Source: Desulfobacterales bacterium (GTDB lineage Bacteria; Desulfobacterota; Desulfobacteria; Desulfobacterales; JAFDHS01). Taken from it: a DNA stretch of 59,763 bases. Made by a program: the position numbers and the translations under genes. The stretch's first letter is position 1, and every line of letters begins with the position of its first letter. This document shows, piece after piece, positions 16,738 through 25,000 of the stretch. The notes beneath the pieces are model-generated. The model saw only the letters and a list, made by a program, of their open reading frames with translations. It made no database searches and had not been told where the DNA came from. The stretch is taken from contig JAUUWG010000002.1 in NCBI GenBank assembly GCA_030589165.1, positions 1 through 59,763 of the forward strand, in the 5' to 3' direction.

Positions 16738-17700
16738 TCACGGCTTGGGCCGAACGACGGCAATCATCGACATGCCGCTCCATCCCAGTAGCCGTCCCAA
16801 AGCGGTCAGCGGCCAGAGGCCGGATTTAATCATCCCGGCCATCCACAGGAAACCATCGGGACTGATGTCCAAAAGCCGGCCTGAAATATCCTGAATCCAG
16901 GCCAGACGGCCCCTGATCGACGCATTCGGCGCCGCCGCCAGCGACAGGACCATGGCATCAAACGGTATTTTCCAGAATTCAAGAACCTCGAAATCCAGCT
17001 CAACAAAAAGATTTCCGAACGCCTCCTCATTCCACCAGGTCAAATGGTGCGGCGGATACTCGGTGAGCTCACGATGACCGAGCAGGCGTTGCAATCCTTT
17101 GGCCAGCACGTTATCCCGGTCCGGCACGCTGAGCACCAGACATCCGCCGGGATTCAACCTTTCCGCCAATTTTTGCAGGGTTGCAGCCGGTGCCGTGAGG
17201 TGTTCCAGCACTTCAAACATCGTAATCACCGAAAATTTTTGGGGAATGTTCAGGAATTCCTCAAGCAGCTCGTGATAAAACGCGATCCCCGGCAAGGCAT
17301 CGCGGTTGCGGGCGATGACATCCCCCGCCGCGTCCAGTCCGTGCAGGTTGCGGAAGCCGCCCATCTGCAGATCCCTCAGAAAATCGGCTGTTCCGCAGCC
17401 GATATCCAGGATCGGCTGATCGGGCGCGACATGGTTTCGAATCCAGTGCCGGCAGCTGCGCGTCCGATCCGGAATCAGATAGCGCTGCAGGCGCTTGACA
17501 TGCGGACGTTGATGCCCGTCAACAAACGCCTTCAAATAGTACAAATGATCACGGTTGGCATAAAAGTTTCGCGGCACCCTGCGCGGCAGGGCGAACTCGA
17601 CGCCGCAATTTGCGCAATGGTAAATGCGGTAATCGATCTCACACGCAGGAACTTTTTGCCGCAAAATAAGGCGGCGGTTATTACAGATGATACAGTTCAT
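16738..17700 (-). CDS. Class I SAM-dependent methyltransferase with an N-terminal Zn-ribbon
   Basis: The start is placed at the internal ATG 17700 (MNCIICNN...CANCG), which avoids overlap with the upstream gene. SAM motif ILDIGCGTADF. VITMFEVLEHL. Confidence 0.8.
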   Translation of the reverse strand: MNCIICNNRRLILRQKVPACEIDYRIYHCANCGVEFALPRRVPRNFYANRDHLYYLKAFVDGHQRPHVKRLQRYLIPDRTRSCRHWIRNHVAPDQPILDIGCGTADFLRDLQMGGFRNLHGLDAAGDVIARNRDALPGIAFYHELLEEFLNIPQKFSVITMFEVLEHLTAPAATLQKLAERLNPGGCLVLSVPDRDNVLAKGLQRLLGHRELTEYPPHHLTWWNEEAFGNLFVELDFEVLEFWKIPFDAMVLSLAAAPNASIRGRLAWIQDISGRLLDISPDGFLWMAGMIKSGLWPLTALGRLLGWSGMSMIAVVRPKP

Positions 17701-17735
17701 GACGGTTATTTCTGCTGGCACGCTCAAAAATCCAT

Positions 17736-18677
17736 TCAGACCGACGAAGGCCCTGAGCCTAAAAACAAAACGAGGAACAACAAAACCCAAAGCAAAACGG
17801 AAATCTGCAGCGGACGATCCCTCCACAGGGTTTCCGTAGGATCTCCGTCCTGATCGGATTCGTAAAGTAAGTAGATATATCGGAAGACACCGTAAAAGAC
17901 AAGGGGCACGGTTAAAAAAAGTTCCTGGCCGAAGCGAGCGATCGTGTCCATATCCTTGCAGTATAAAAGGTAGGAGATCAGGGTGGAACCGGCCGCAACG
18001 CCCAGCATCACATCCAGAAAAATATTACTGTAGGAAGCCAGCACCGGCCGATGCTTCACGGCCTCGGCTCCCAAAGCCCGTATTTCGTAACGCCGTTTGC
18101 CAAGAGCCAGAAAGAGGGAAAGGTTCACCGCTCCGATCAGAAGCCAGGTCGATATGACGGCATCAATGGCCGTCGCCCCGGCGATGATTCGCAAGGCGAA
18201 GCCGGCCGAAATCGAAAAAAAATCAAGAATCACCACATGCTTGAGATAAAAGGTGTAAAGGCAGCCGTTCAGCATGTACGTTAGAATCAGCAGACTCAAA
18301 AAAAAATCGATGCGCATCCCCAGCGTCAAGGCCCCCAGCGCTGAAACGGCGGCCAGAGCCAGCGCCGTTTTGACACTTACCTGCCTGCAGGCCAGCGGCC
18401 GGAGTTTTTTGCGGGGATGAAGCCGATCCTGCTTGCGGTCCACCACATCATTGACCATGTAAACCGCGCTGCTGGCCATACAAAAACAGACAAAGGCCAC
18501 TATTGCGGCAGCCTGGCTGGAGGGCTGCAGGAGACTGCCGGAAAAAAAAAGGGGGATAAAAACAAAAACGTTTTTGACCCATTGCTTCACCCGGAGCAGC
18601 CGCAGCAGACAGGTTAATTGTTGATATCGATGATTCGATCCCATTGGCTCGGATTCTCCGGAGGTTTTTGTCCCCAT
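17736..18677 (-). CDS. UbiA-family prenyltransferase, decaprenyl-phosphate phosphoribosyltransferase-like
   Basis: Polytopic membrane protein. NDVVDRKQDRLHPRKKLRPLA matches the NDxxDxxxD...HPxKxxRPxA signature of the Rv3806c-type family. Confidence 0.75.
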   Translation of the reverse strand: MGTKTSGESEPMGSNHRYQQLTCLLRLLRVKQWVKNVFVFIPLFFSGSLLQPSSQAAAIVAFVCFCMASSAVYMVNDVVDRKQDRLHPRKKLRPLACRQVSVKTALALAAVSALGALTLGMRIDFFLSLLILTYMLNGCLYTFYLKHVVILDFFSISAGFALRIIAGATAIDAVISTWLLIGAVNLSLFLALGKRRYEIRALGAEAVKHRPVLASYSNIFLDVMLGVAAGSTLISYLLYCKDMDTIARFGQELFLTVPLVFYGVFRYIYLLYESDQDGDPTETLWRDRPLQISVLLWVLLFLVLFLGSGPSSV

Positions 18678-20119
18678 GCAACTTCTTTTTTCCAGTTTTG
18701 AACGTCAAACTCCCCGCCGGCTCTCCAGGCCTTGAAATCAATCGCAAATTCCGGATCGAGGGTCAGATTGACGGCAGGATTGATTCCGTTTCGAAACTGG
18801 TAGGCCCCCTTGTGAGTATCGAGATCGCCGACTACAAAAATTTTGCGTTCTTCAGGGGAGGTTTGAAAAACGATTTGACGGCAGAGCTCGTAGGAGTTTG
18901 CGGCGGCCGTATGCCAAGAGGTATTGTTAATCTGCAGCAAAACGGTCCATACGACCAGAAACACCACCCAGACTGCCTGCTTGAGCCATTTTGGTTTCGG
19001 ATTCGCACCTGACGGTGACAACAGAGCAGCGAGCAACATCGCAAATCCGGCCCCCGGCAGGTAGAGATAGCGGGTATTCTGCAGATCAGGGCTCACGGTC
19101 TGCAGCAAATTGAAAACCGGGGTTGACGTCAGAACAATCCAGGCCACCCCCAGGATCAGAAGGGACCCGGTTTTGTTGCGGCGGTGCCAGCCCGCATGAT
19201 ACAGCGCCCATAAAATGGCCGCGCCGTAGAGCGCCGCCAACAAGACAAGCGTGGCACGATAATAAACGGGACCCAGAATGGCACTATTCAGTGGAAAGGC
19301 AATGGTTTTGAGCGGAACCCACGTCAGATTGGAAATCAAAAGTGCCGGCGACCAAATCGCATGAATCGAATGCCCCTGACTGTCGAGGTAGCCCTTGATG
19401 CCGCCCAGCGTCAGCAACCGGAAAACCATATAACCGGCAGCGATCAGCCAGTAGAAAACCACCGCCCGCCGATATCGGGAAGCTTTGGCATAAAAAACCG
19501 CCAAAAGTGTGGCGACCAGCGGAAAGGAAAGCGCCATCTCCTTGTTCAGGAGTGCCGCCGCAAACGCCAGCAGAGAGAGAATCAGGTGCGAGGTCTGCCC
19601 TCCCTTAAGATAGCTGACCAGCAGACAGGCCGACAGAAGATAAAAAAAGACACAGGAGGGATCGTTCAATGCCGCCAACCAGGTCACTGCATCGGGATTC
19701 AAGGGCGAGAGAGCAAAGATCAGCCCCGCCGCAAAGGCTCCGCCGGCTGTCATTGCAAGCTGCCGGCATAATACGGCCAAAAGACCGGCATTCAATCCGT
19801 GCAAAACGACATTGGTCAAATGATAGCCAAGCGGGTCCAAACCCCACAAGCGGCTGTTGACCCACCAGGGTACAAACGAAAGCGGGCGGATAAAGTGGAA
19901 CACATCGGTTTCACGGGGCAGAAAAAGACCGAGCAGATCCCGCAACGAGGCACTTTTAAGAAGTAAAAGCAGGTTCCAGTCGTCACTCAGGAAATAATCG
20001 CCCAGAATATAAAAAAAGCCGCCAAGGGCAATCAGAACATACAGCCCCAGCAGCCGGCAGCGGGCGGCGAAGGTCGGTTCAAAAAAAAACAAGCTCAGTT
20101 TGTCGCTGGAGGAGCACAT
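18614..20119 (-). CDS. GT-C fold membrane glycosyltransferase (PMT/ArnT/TMTC-like, no TPR tail)
   Basis: 501 aa with more than 10 predicted TM helices. First-loop acidic motif YFLSDDWNLL resembles FYLDDFSSI of the TPR-GT-C at 49856. Confidence 0.65.
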   Translation of the reverse strand: MCSSSDKLSLFFFEPTFAARCRLLGLYVLIALGGFFYILGDYFLSDDWNLLLLLKSASLRDLLGLFLPRETDVFHFIRPLSFVPWWVNSRLWGLDPLGYHLTNVVLHGLNAGLLAVLCRQLAMTAGGAFAAGLIFALSPLNPDAVTWLAALNDPSCVFFYLLSACLLVSYLKGGQTSHLILSLLAFAAALLNKEMALSFPLVATLLAVFYAKASRYRRAVVFYWLIAAGYMVFRLLTLGGIKGYLDSQGHSIHAIWSPALLISNLTWVPLKTIAFPLNSAILGPVYYRATLVLLAALYGAAILWALYHAGWHRRNKTGSLLILGVAWIVLTSTPVFNLLQTVSPDLQNTRYLYLPGAGFAMLLAALLSPSGANPKPKWLKQAVWVVFLVVWTVLLQINNTSWHTAAANSYELCRQIVFQTSPEERKIFVVGDLDTHKGAYQFRNGINPAVNLTLDPEFAIDFKAWRAGGEFDVQNWKKEVAWGQKPPENPSQWDRIIDINN

Positions 20120-20715
20120 AGCATCTTCTCTACCGGTCCGAATATATCAATCAGGTTAACCGCAAGCCCTTCAAGGACTTGAGACTTGATAATATCTTCT
20201 TCTGCGTATATAATAGCTTTTGTATACTGCTCATCTGATCCTAAATGATAGATTAAAACCATCTTATCTGTTGGATGCACCAGCCAATATTCTTTAACAC
20301 CGTGTCTTTCATATAAATCACGCTTGATCTTGAGATCTTTTGCGGCAGTGGATGGTGACAGTATTTCTATAATCAAATCCGGAGCGCCTTTGCACCCTCT
20401 GTCATCCAGTTTTGACAGGTCACAGACAACTAAAATATCCGGTTGAACAACAGTAAAAATCTTATCATCTTCGGCATTGTCAGTGTCAGGCAGGCGAACA
20501 TCAAATGGCGCAATATTAATCTCGCATTCCTTATCATCCAAAAAATCAGCAAAGATTCTCGCTAATTTGAGAAGCAGGTTTTGATGAGAACGCGAAGGCG
20601 CCGGGCTCATATTATAAGCGATTCCATCAATCAGCTCCCATCTTTCATCATCCTTCCAGCCATAGTAATCTTTATATGTAAATTTTTTTTCTATCTTCTG
20701 TGCCAAAGGTGACAT
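20095..20715 (-). CDS. Uma2 (DUF820) family endonuclease
   Basis: FTYKDYYGWKDDERWELIDGIAYNMSPAPSRSHQ and the PDILVV...APDLIIEILSPST motifs. Confidence 0.85.
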   Translation of the reverse strand: MSPLAQKIEKKFTYKDYYGWKDDERWELIDGIAYNMSPAPSRSHQNLLLKLARIFADFLDDKECEINIAPFDVRLPDTDNAEDDKIFTVVQPDILVVCDLSKLDDRGCKGAPDLIIEILSPSTAAKDLKIKRDLYERHGVKEYWLVHPTDKMVLIYHLGSDEQYTKAIIYAEEDIIKSQVLEGLAVNLIDIFGPVEKMLCAPPATN

Positions 20716-20761
20716 AGACTATTCCCTGATATCTTAATGTCGAAGTTAACCATTTATCGTT

Positions 20762-21694
20762 CTAGCTTTTCAGGGCCCCGAATCTTCCCAGCAGGGCATC
20801 GCGCAGGCCTTGGACGACAAACCGGAAGCACTGCCGGGGAGCGCTGCCGTGGCGCTGCAGGGCTTTCAGATGGCGGTAAAGCTCGCCCCGGAAATACCAA
20901 AGCCCTTTCCAGCCTCCGAGCCGCAGGTAGCCCTCCGTCATGTTGCGCGCCATGTAGTAGTACCGAAAGGGAGCATGCTCGATCCAGAGTCCGTCCGCAG
21001 TGATGCGCTGAATGGTTCCGAGATGGTGATACAAGGTGGCTTTTTTCAGCCACCAGAACGCCCAGCCGGCATTCAGCAGACGAATGTGACATTCATGGTC
21101 GACAAAATCAATAAAATAATCTTCCCTGAAGCCGCCCACGGCTTGCAACGCTTTGACCCGGTACAGCGTGCCGGAGGTTATGGCCGAAGCGACGGCCACC
21201 GGCGGCCCGTCGGATTCGCCGTCCGAGACAGGCTCCAGCCGGAATCCGTTCCAGCGGTAGGGATGATGAATGACATCCGGAAATTGAATGCTGCGGGCCG
21301 TGGGACAAACCGCGCCCACCTGCCGGCCCTCCTGGACGAGTTGCTCGGCCGTAGTCAGTAAATCGTCCAGATCAGACGGGCTGCAAAGGCTGTCCTGGTC
21401 CAGCATGAAGATCCACTCCACTCCCATTCCGGCGGCGTGTTCGATTCCGAGGTTATACGCCTTGGCAACACCGTAATTCTCGGGCAACGGCATCACGGCG
21501 ACATCCGGCAGTGAAAGATCTACGATAACGTCAAGCGTCGAATCGGTCGAGGCATTATCGATAATTAGAATCGGCCGCCGGCAAGACGCTTCATCGGAGT
21601 ACAACGATTGGAGCAAAGATCCGATGGTTGCGGCACCATTGCAGGTCACGATCAAAATCAGGAGACGGTTTGGAGACGAGAGGTTTAGCGGCAC
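20762..21694 (-). CDS. Glycosyltransferase family 2
   Basis: LILIVTCNGAATIGSLLQSL...ILIIDNASTDST and the FMLDQDS motif. Confidence 0.85.
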   Translation of the reverse strand: MPLNLSSPNRLLILIVTCNGAATIGSLLQSLYSDEASCRRPILIIDNASTDSTLDVIVDLSLPDVAVMPLPENYGVAKAYNLGIEHAAGMGVEWIFMLDQDSLCSPSDLDDLLTTAEQLVQEGRQVGAVCPTARSIQFPDVIHHPYRWNGFRLEPVSDGESDGPPVAVASAITSGTLYRVKALQAVGGFREDYFIDFVDHECHIRLLNAGWAFWWLKKATLYHHLGTIQRITADGLWIEHAPFRYYYMARNMTEGYLRLGGWKGLWYFRGELYRHLKALQRHGSAPRQCFRFVVQGLRDALLGRFGALKS

Positions 21695-22926
21695 GCCCTA
21701 CCCCCGCAATCTTTCGGTTCGGTTGCGGCAGGTGCCGACTTTGCATCCAGAACCCATTCATGTGCCATCCACAGCATGCCGAATTCGGGATGGTCGCTCT
21801 CTACCAGAAACGGTTCGCATTTAAGCTCATGGATCGCCCTTACGACGTGTTCATCCGCAATCACGACTTTAGCCAGATAATTGCCGCTGAAAAAGGGAAT
21901 CGAAGGCACCACCAGCCGCATGGTCTGTCGGCCCGCAAATTCAAGGGGGGCAAACCCCGCGCTTTGGGTGGTCGTCGTGAAGATCGGCTGACCGTCCGGC
22001 CGTTCAATGATCAGGCCGAGATGCCCTTTGATGGGGGGGCCGATACAGCACGTTTTAATCTGAAAAATGAGGGTTTGGAACTGACGAGCCGTATCGATCG
22101 GATTTTCGCTCTCATCCAGCAGCAATAGTTCTTCAGCCATGATCTGCGGCATGGGCGCACCCGGCCCAGAAGCCGCCGCTTTGTCCTCTTTTGTTTTTGA
22201 GACTCCCTCTTCGAGATATGCAAGGTATTCGGAAATGACGGTTGAGGTTTTTCCATGGCTGCGCATGCCGCCGTCCGCCAGCCAGATGGATTCGGCGCAG
22301 AGCGTATTGATCATAAACATACTGTGACTGCAGACAATGATCGTTTTGCCGGCCTCCTTGAATCCCATCATGCGGTCGACGCATTTCTGCTGGAACTTCT
22401 GATCGCCGACGCCCAGAGCTTCGTCAATAATCAGGATATCGGGATCGACACTGGTAGCAATCGAAAAGGCCAGCCGCATATACATGCCGGAGGAATAGGT
22501 TTTCACCGGGCGGTCGATCACCTCTGCCAGTTCGGCAAACTCGATAATAGCGCCTTCCTGCTCCCGGATCTCGCTCTCGGTCAGTCCCAGCAGGGCCGCA
22601 TTGAGATGAATATTGCCCCTGCCGCTGAATTCGGGATGAAATCCGGAGCCCAGCTCCAGCAGCGCCGCCACCCGCCCCTTTTTTTTCAGGTGCCCGGAAC
22701 TGGGGGTCACCGTTCCGGCCAGAATTTTCAACAGGGTCGATTTGCCGGCCCCGTTTTCGCCGATAATTCCGAGGGTCTGCCCGTGAGGGATCTGAAACGA
22801 CACATTCTCCAAGGCTCTCACCAGCTGATGACAGGGCCGGCGGGTAAGGGCTTCCTTGAGGCGATCCAGCGGTCGCAGATAGACCCGGTAGTGTTTTGTC
22901 AGATTTTGTGCTTTTATTGCATACAT
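21685..22926 (-). CDS. wzt: Polysaccharide ABC exporter ATP-binding protein with a C-terminal Wzt_C-like extension
   Basis: Walker A GENGAGKSTLLKIL, signature YSSGMYMRLAF, Walker B ILIIDEAL. An extra tail of about 160 aa (LLLLDESENPI...FLVESDHPEFGMLWM) resembles the Wzt carbohydrate-binding domain. Confidence 0.85.
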   Translation of the reverse strand: MYAIKAQNLTKHYRVYLRPLDRLKEALTRRPCHQLVRALENVSFQIPHGQTLGIIGENGAGKSTLLKILAGTVTPSSGHLKKKGRVAALLELGSGFHPEFSGRGNIHLNAALLGLTESEIREQEGAIIEFAELAEVIDRPVKTYSSGMYMRLAFSIATSVDPDILIIDEALGVGDQKFQQKCVDRMMGFKEAGKTIIVCSHSMFMINTLCAESIWLADGGMRSHGKTSTVISEYLAYLEEGVSKTKEDKAAASGPGAPMPQIMAEELLLLDESENPIDTARQFQTLIFQIKTCCIGPPIKGHLGLIIERPDGQPIFTTTTQSAGFAPLEFAGRQTMRLVVPSIPFFSGNYLAKVVIADEHVVRAIHELKCEPFLVESDHPEFGMLWMAHEWVLDAKSAPAATEPKDCGGRACR

Positions 22927-22934
22927 AGGTAATA

Positions 22935-22974
22935 GGTTAGGGGTTAGGGGTTAGGGGTTAGGGGTTAGGGGTTT
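22935..22974. repeat. Tandem heptamer array (GGTTAGG), about 5.5 copies
   Basis: Read directly from the sequence. It lies between the wzt start codon (22926) and the 3' end of the four-helix-bundle pseudogene. It is complementary to the array at 23328..23367. Confidence 0.9.
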
Positions 22975-23327
22975 ACGCCTTGCTTTGATAAGTGCACCGA
23001 TCATTTTGCCAAGCTGACTGCATTCTTTATCGAGATTTTCAAAAAGATCCTTTTCAATATAACCAATTTCAAATGCTATCTGGAGCTGGGTACGTAATTC
23101 GGCCAACGAATCTTTAGAAATATAAAAAACCTGACTGCATCTTTATTGGTATCACGTTCATCCCCTTCAGCCAAATTACTAGAGATACTTACAGCACACC
23201 TTCGTATTTGATCTCTAAGCCCAAAATCTTTACCCAAAAGCCCTTTATTAGACATCTTATAAATTCTCACCGCCAAATCTTTGGCCCTTTGCCAAACCAA
23301 CAATCCCTTAAATCCCTTCTTTTCCAT
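22951..23327 (-). pseudogene. Four-helix-bundle protein gene (23S rRNA intervening-sequence protein / Avd-like family), interrupted by a -1 frameshift in a homopolymer
   Basis: N-part MEKKGFKGLLVWQRAKDLAVRIYKMS...QIRRCAVSISSNLAEGDERDTNKDAVRFF. C-part in another frame: YISKDSLAELRTQLQIAFEIGYIEKDLFENLDKECSQLGKMIGALIKARRKPLTPNP-stop. Adding one T to the T6 run (plus-strand A6 at 23124..23129) restores a 125-aa ORF. Confidence 0.8.
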
Positions 23328-23367
23328 TACCCCTAACCTCTCACCCCTAACCTCTCACCCCTAACCT
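23328..23367. repeat. Tandem 14-nt array (TCACCCCTAACCTC), about 3 copies, inverse complement of the GGTTAGGGG array
   Basis: Read directly from the sequence. It is followed by hairpin AGGGGC-GAA-GCCCCT (23369..23383), which overlaps the wzm stop codon. Confidence 0.9.
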
Positions 23368-23381
23368 GAGGGGCGAAGCCC

Positions 23382-24266
23382 CTATAACACATCCGCAAAT
23401 GCATGGCGGGCACGTCCGAAAAAGGCGACCCCGCTTAGAAAGAAAAAGACTGCCAGCGCCGTTGCATACGCCACCAATCCCCAGGAAATCGTGTGCTGCA
23501 GCAATATCTGATGATAGAGTTCAATAAAGGGATACATGGGATTCAGCTTAAATATCCCCATAAATTTTTCCGGCACCATGCTGACCGGATACAGAATGGG
23601 CGTCAAATACATCCACAATTGCAGCACCACACCGATAAACTGCCGGATATCCCTCACAAAAACACTCAACCCCGCAATCAGAATCACCAGCCCCAGCGTA
23701 AACAACACCTGCGTCATGACCACCAGCGGCAGATAAAGCCACATCCAGTGAAAATAGCCCTTGATCACGAGATAGCCGATCAGCAGCATAAAACCCAGCC
23801 CGTTCAGAATAAAGGTCACCACGACCTCGGCCACGGGCAGAATTTCAAAGGGAAACGCCACCTTGGTAATCAAATTGGCCTTGTTCAGAATAATGCCGGG
23901 GGAACTGCCCAGCGCCTCCGAAAAGGCGATCCACGGCAAGAGTCCTACCAGCAGGTAAACCACGAAACTGTCCGTTCCGGTTTCAATCGGCTTCAAACGA
24001 ATCTGGAAGATCACGGAAAAGACAAAAATATAAATCGGTAAATTGGCCAGCGGCGTCAGCACACTCCAGGCCAATCCCCCGATGGAGCCGGCGTAGCGCC
24101 CCCGGATTTCCTGACTGACAAATCCTTTAAAAAGGGTCTTGAAACGAAAAGGCGCCACCAGCCAGTGCCAGGCCATGAGCGGTAAACCTCGCATGCTGCG
24201 CACAAGCGCATAGATCCATTTTTTGAAAACCATTATTTGCTCCGCCATACCGTCGTCAATGGCCAA
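23382..24266 (-). CDS. wzm: ABC-2 type polysaccharide exporter permease
   Basis: 294 aa with 6 TM segments. N-terminal FVSQEIRGRYAGSIGGLAWSVLTPL matches the ABC-2 Wzm/TagG pattern. Confidence 0.85.
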   Translation of the reverse strand: MAIDDGMAEQIMVFKKWIYALVRSMRGLPLMAWHWLVAPFRFKTLFKGFVSQEIRGRYAGSIGGLAWSVLTPLANLPIYIFVFSVIFQIRLKPIETGTDSFVVYLLVGLLPWIAFSEALGSSPGIILNKANLITKVAFPFEILPVAEVVVTFILNGLGFMLLIGYLVIKGYFHWMWLYLPLVVMTQVLFTLGLVILIAGLSVFVRDIRQFIGVVLQLWMYLTPILYPVSMVPEKFMGIFKLNPMYPFIELYHQILLQHTISWGLVAYATALAVFFFLSGVAFFGRARHAFADVL

Positions 24267-24271
24267 AACCT

Positions 24272-25000
24272 TTAGTAGCCCCGCGCCCTGCGCAGCGCTT
24301 GCGAAAACGGATTGTTTTCATCAGGCGCTTGATTTCCGCCGGCCTGCCGCTTCTCGCGGGCTCTTTTCAATGCTTCCGCAAAGGGATTGGATGTTTTTGC
24401 GGAAGACGATTTTACCGTTGGGGAAACCACTGAACTCCCTTGCGCTTTATTTTTCGCGCTTTTGGAAAGCTGAGCAGCTTTTTGAGACGAATCAGCGGCG
24501 GATTTTTGAAGTCTGTGCGTTGAACCGCCGGCTGCCGGCGCCGACTTCGACTGCCTCGCAGCCGCGCCCGCCGTCGTCGATGGCAATGCCGGCGGCGCCG
24601 CCGGGCGGCGTTTCTCTCCCTGGAACAAGTTCAATCGCACCTCGGAGCCCTCACCCGTCAGAACAAGGTAATTACTACCGATCTCCTTGATCAGCAAGCC
24701 TCTGATTTCATCGCCCTCCTCGTAGCGTTTGATGGCTTCCTGCTGTCCTTTTCTCCCCCGGGCCTTTCGGTCGCGGATCATCGCCCAGTTACCCTGAGAA
24801 GATTTAATGATGCCGGAGAAGATCAGCTCTTTTTTCAGTTTCTCCACCAGCGGTGACTTCTGCAAGCCTTTCAGGAATTTATTTGTTTCAGACTCGGGGG
24901 TAAAAAGATGGCGCTTGACCATCGGGGAAGCATCAGCCCGCCCAATCGGCAAAGCCCACATGCAAAAAACCACTACCCAAAACCATACGCTGTGCTTCAA
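24272..25000 (-). CDS. Secreted low-complexity protein of unknown function (TTG start)
   Basis: Signal peptide KHSVWFWVVVFCMWALPIGRADA. A/P/S-rich centre. Duplicated C-terminal NPF..AL(K/R)RAR motif. RBS AAGGAA lies upstream of TTG 25000. Confidence 0.55.
   Translation of the reverse strand: MKHSVWFWVVVFCMWALPIGRADASPMVKRHLFTPESETNKFLKGLQKSPLVEKLKKELIFSGIIKSSQGNWAMIRDRKARGRKGQQEAIKRYEEGDEIRGLLIKEIGSNYLVLTGEGSEVRLNLFQGEKRRPAAPPALPSTTAGAAARQSKSAPAAGGSTHRLQKSAADSSQKAAQLSKSAKNKAQGSSVVSPTVKSSSAKTSNPFAEALKRAREKRQAGGNQAPDENNPFSQALRRARGY

Noticed and set aside
22935-22974. The GGTTAGG tandem repeats looked telomere-like or CRISPR-like.
   Set aside because: The unit is only 7 nt with no spacers, so it is not a CRISPR array. 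The array is short, internal and paired with a complementary array 350 bp away, so it is a stem-forming flank of a cassette rather than a replicon end.
22951-23327. The four-helix-bundle gene as the Avd component of a diversity-generating retroelement.
   Set aside because: No reverse transcriptase ORF and no template/variable repeat pair are visible anywhere in the window.
24272-25000. Assigning the secreted low-complexity protein to the GspC/PilP family.
   Set aside because: I had only a vague impression from a short beta-rich stretch (IKEIGSNYLVLTGEGSEVRL), with no diagnostic motif.
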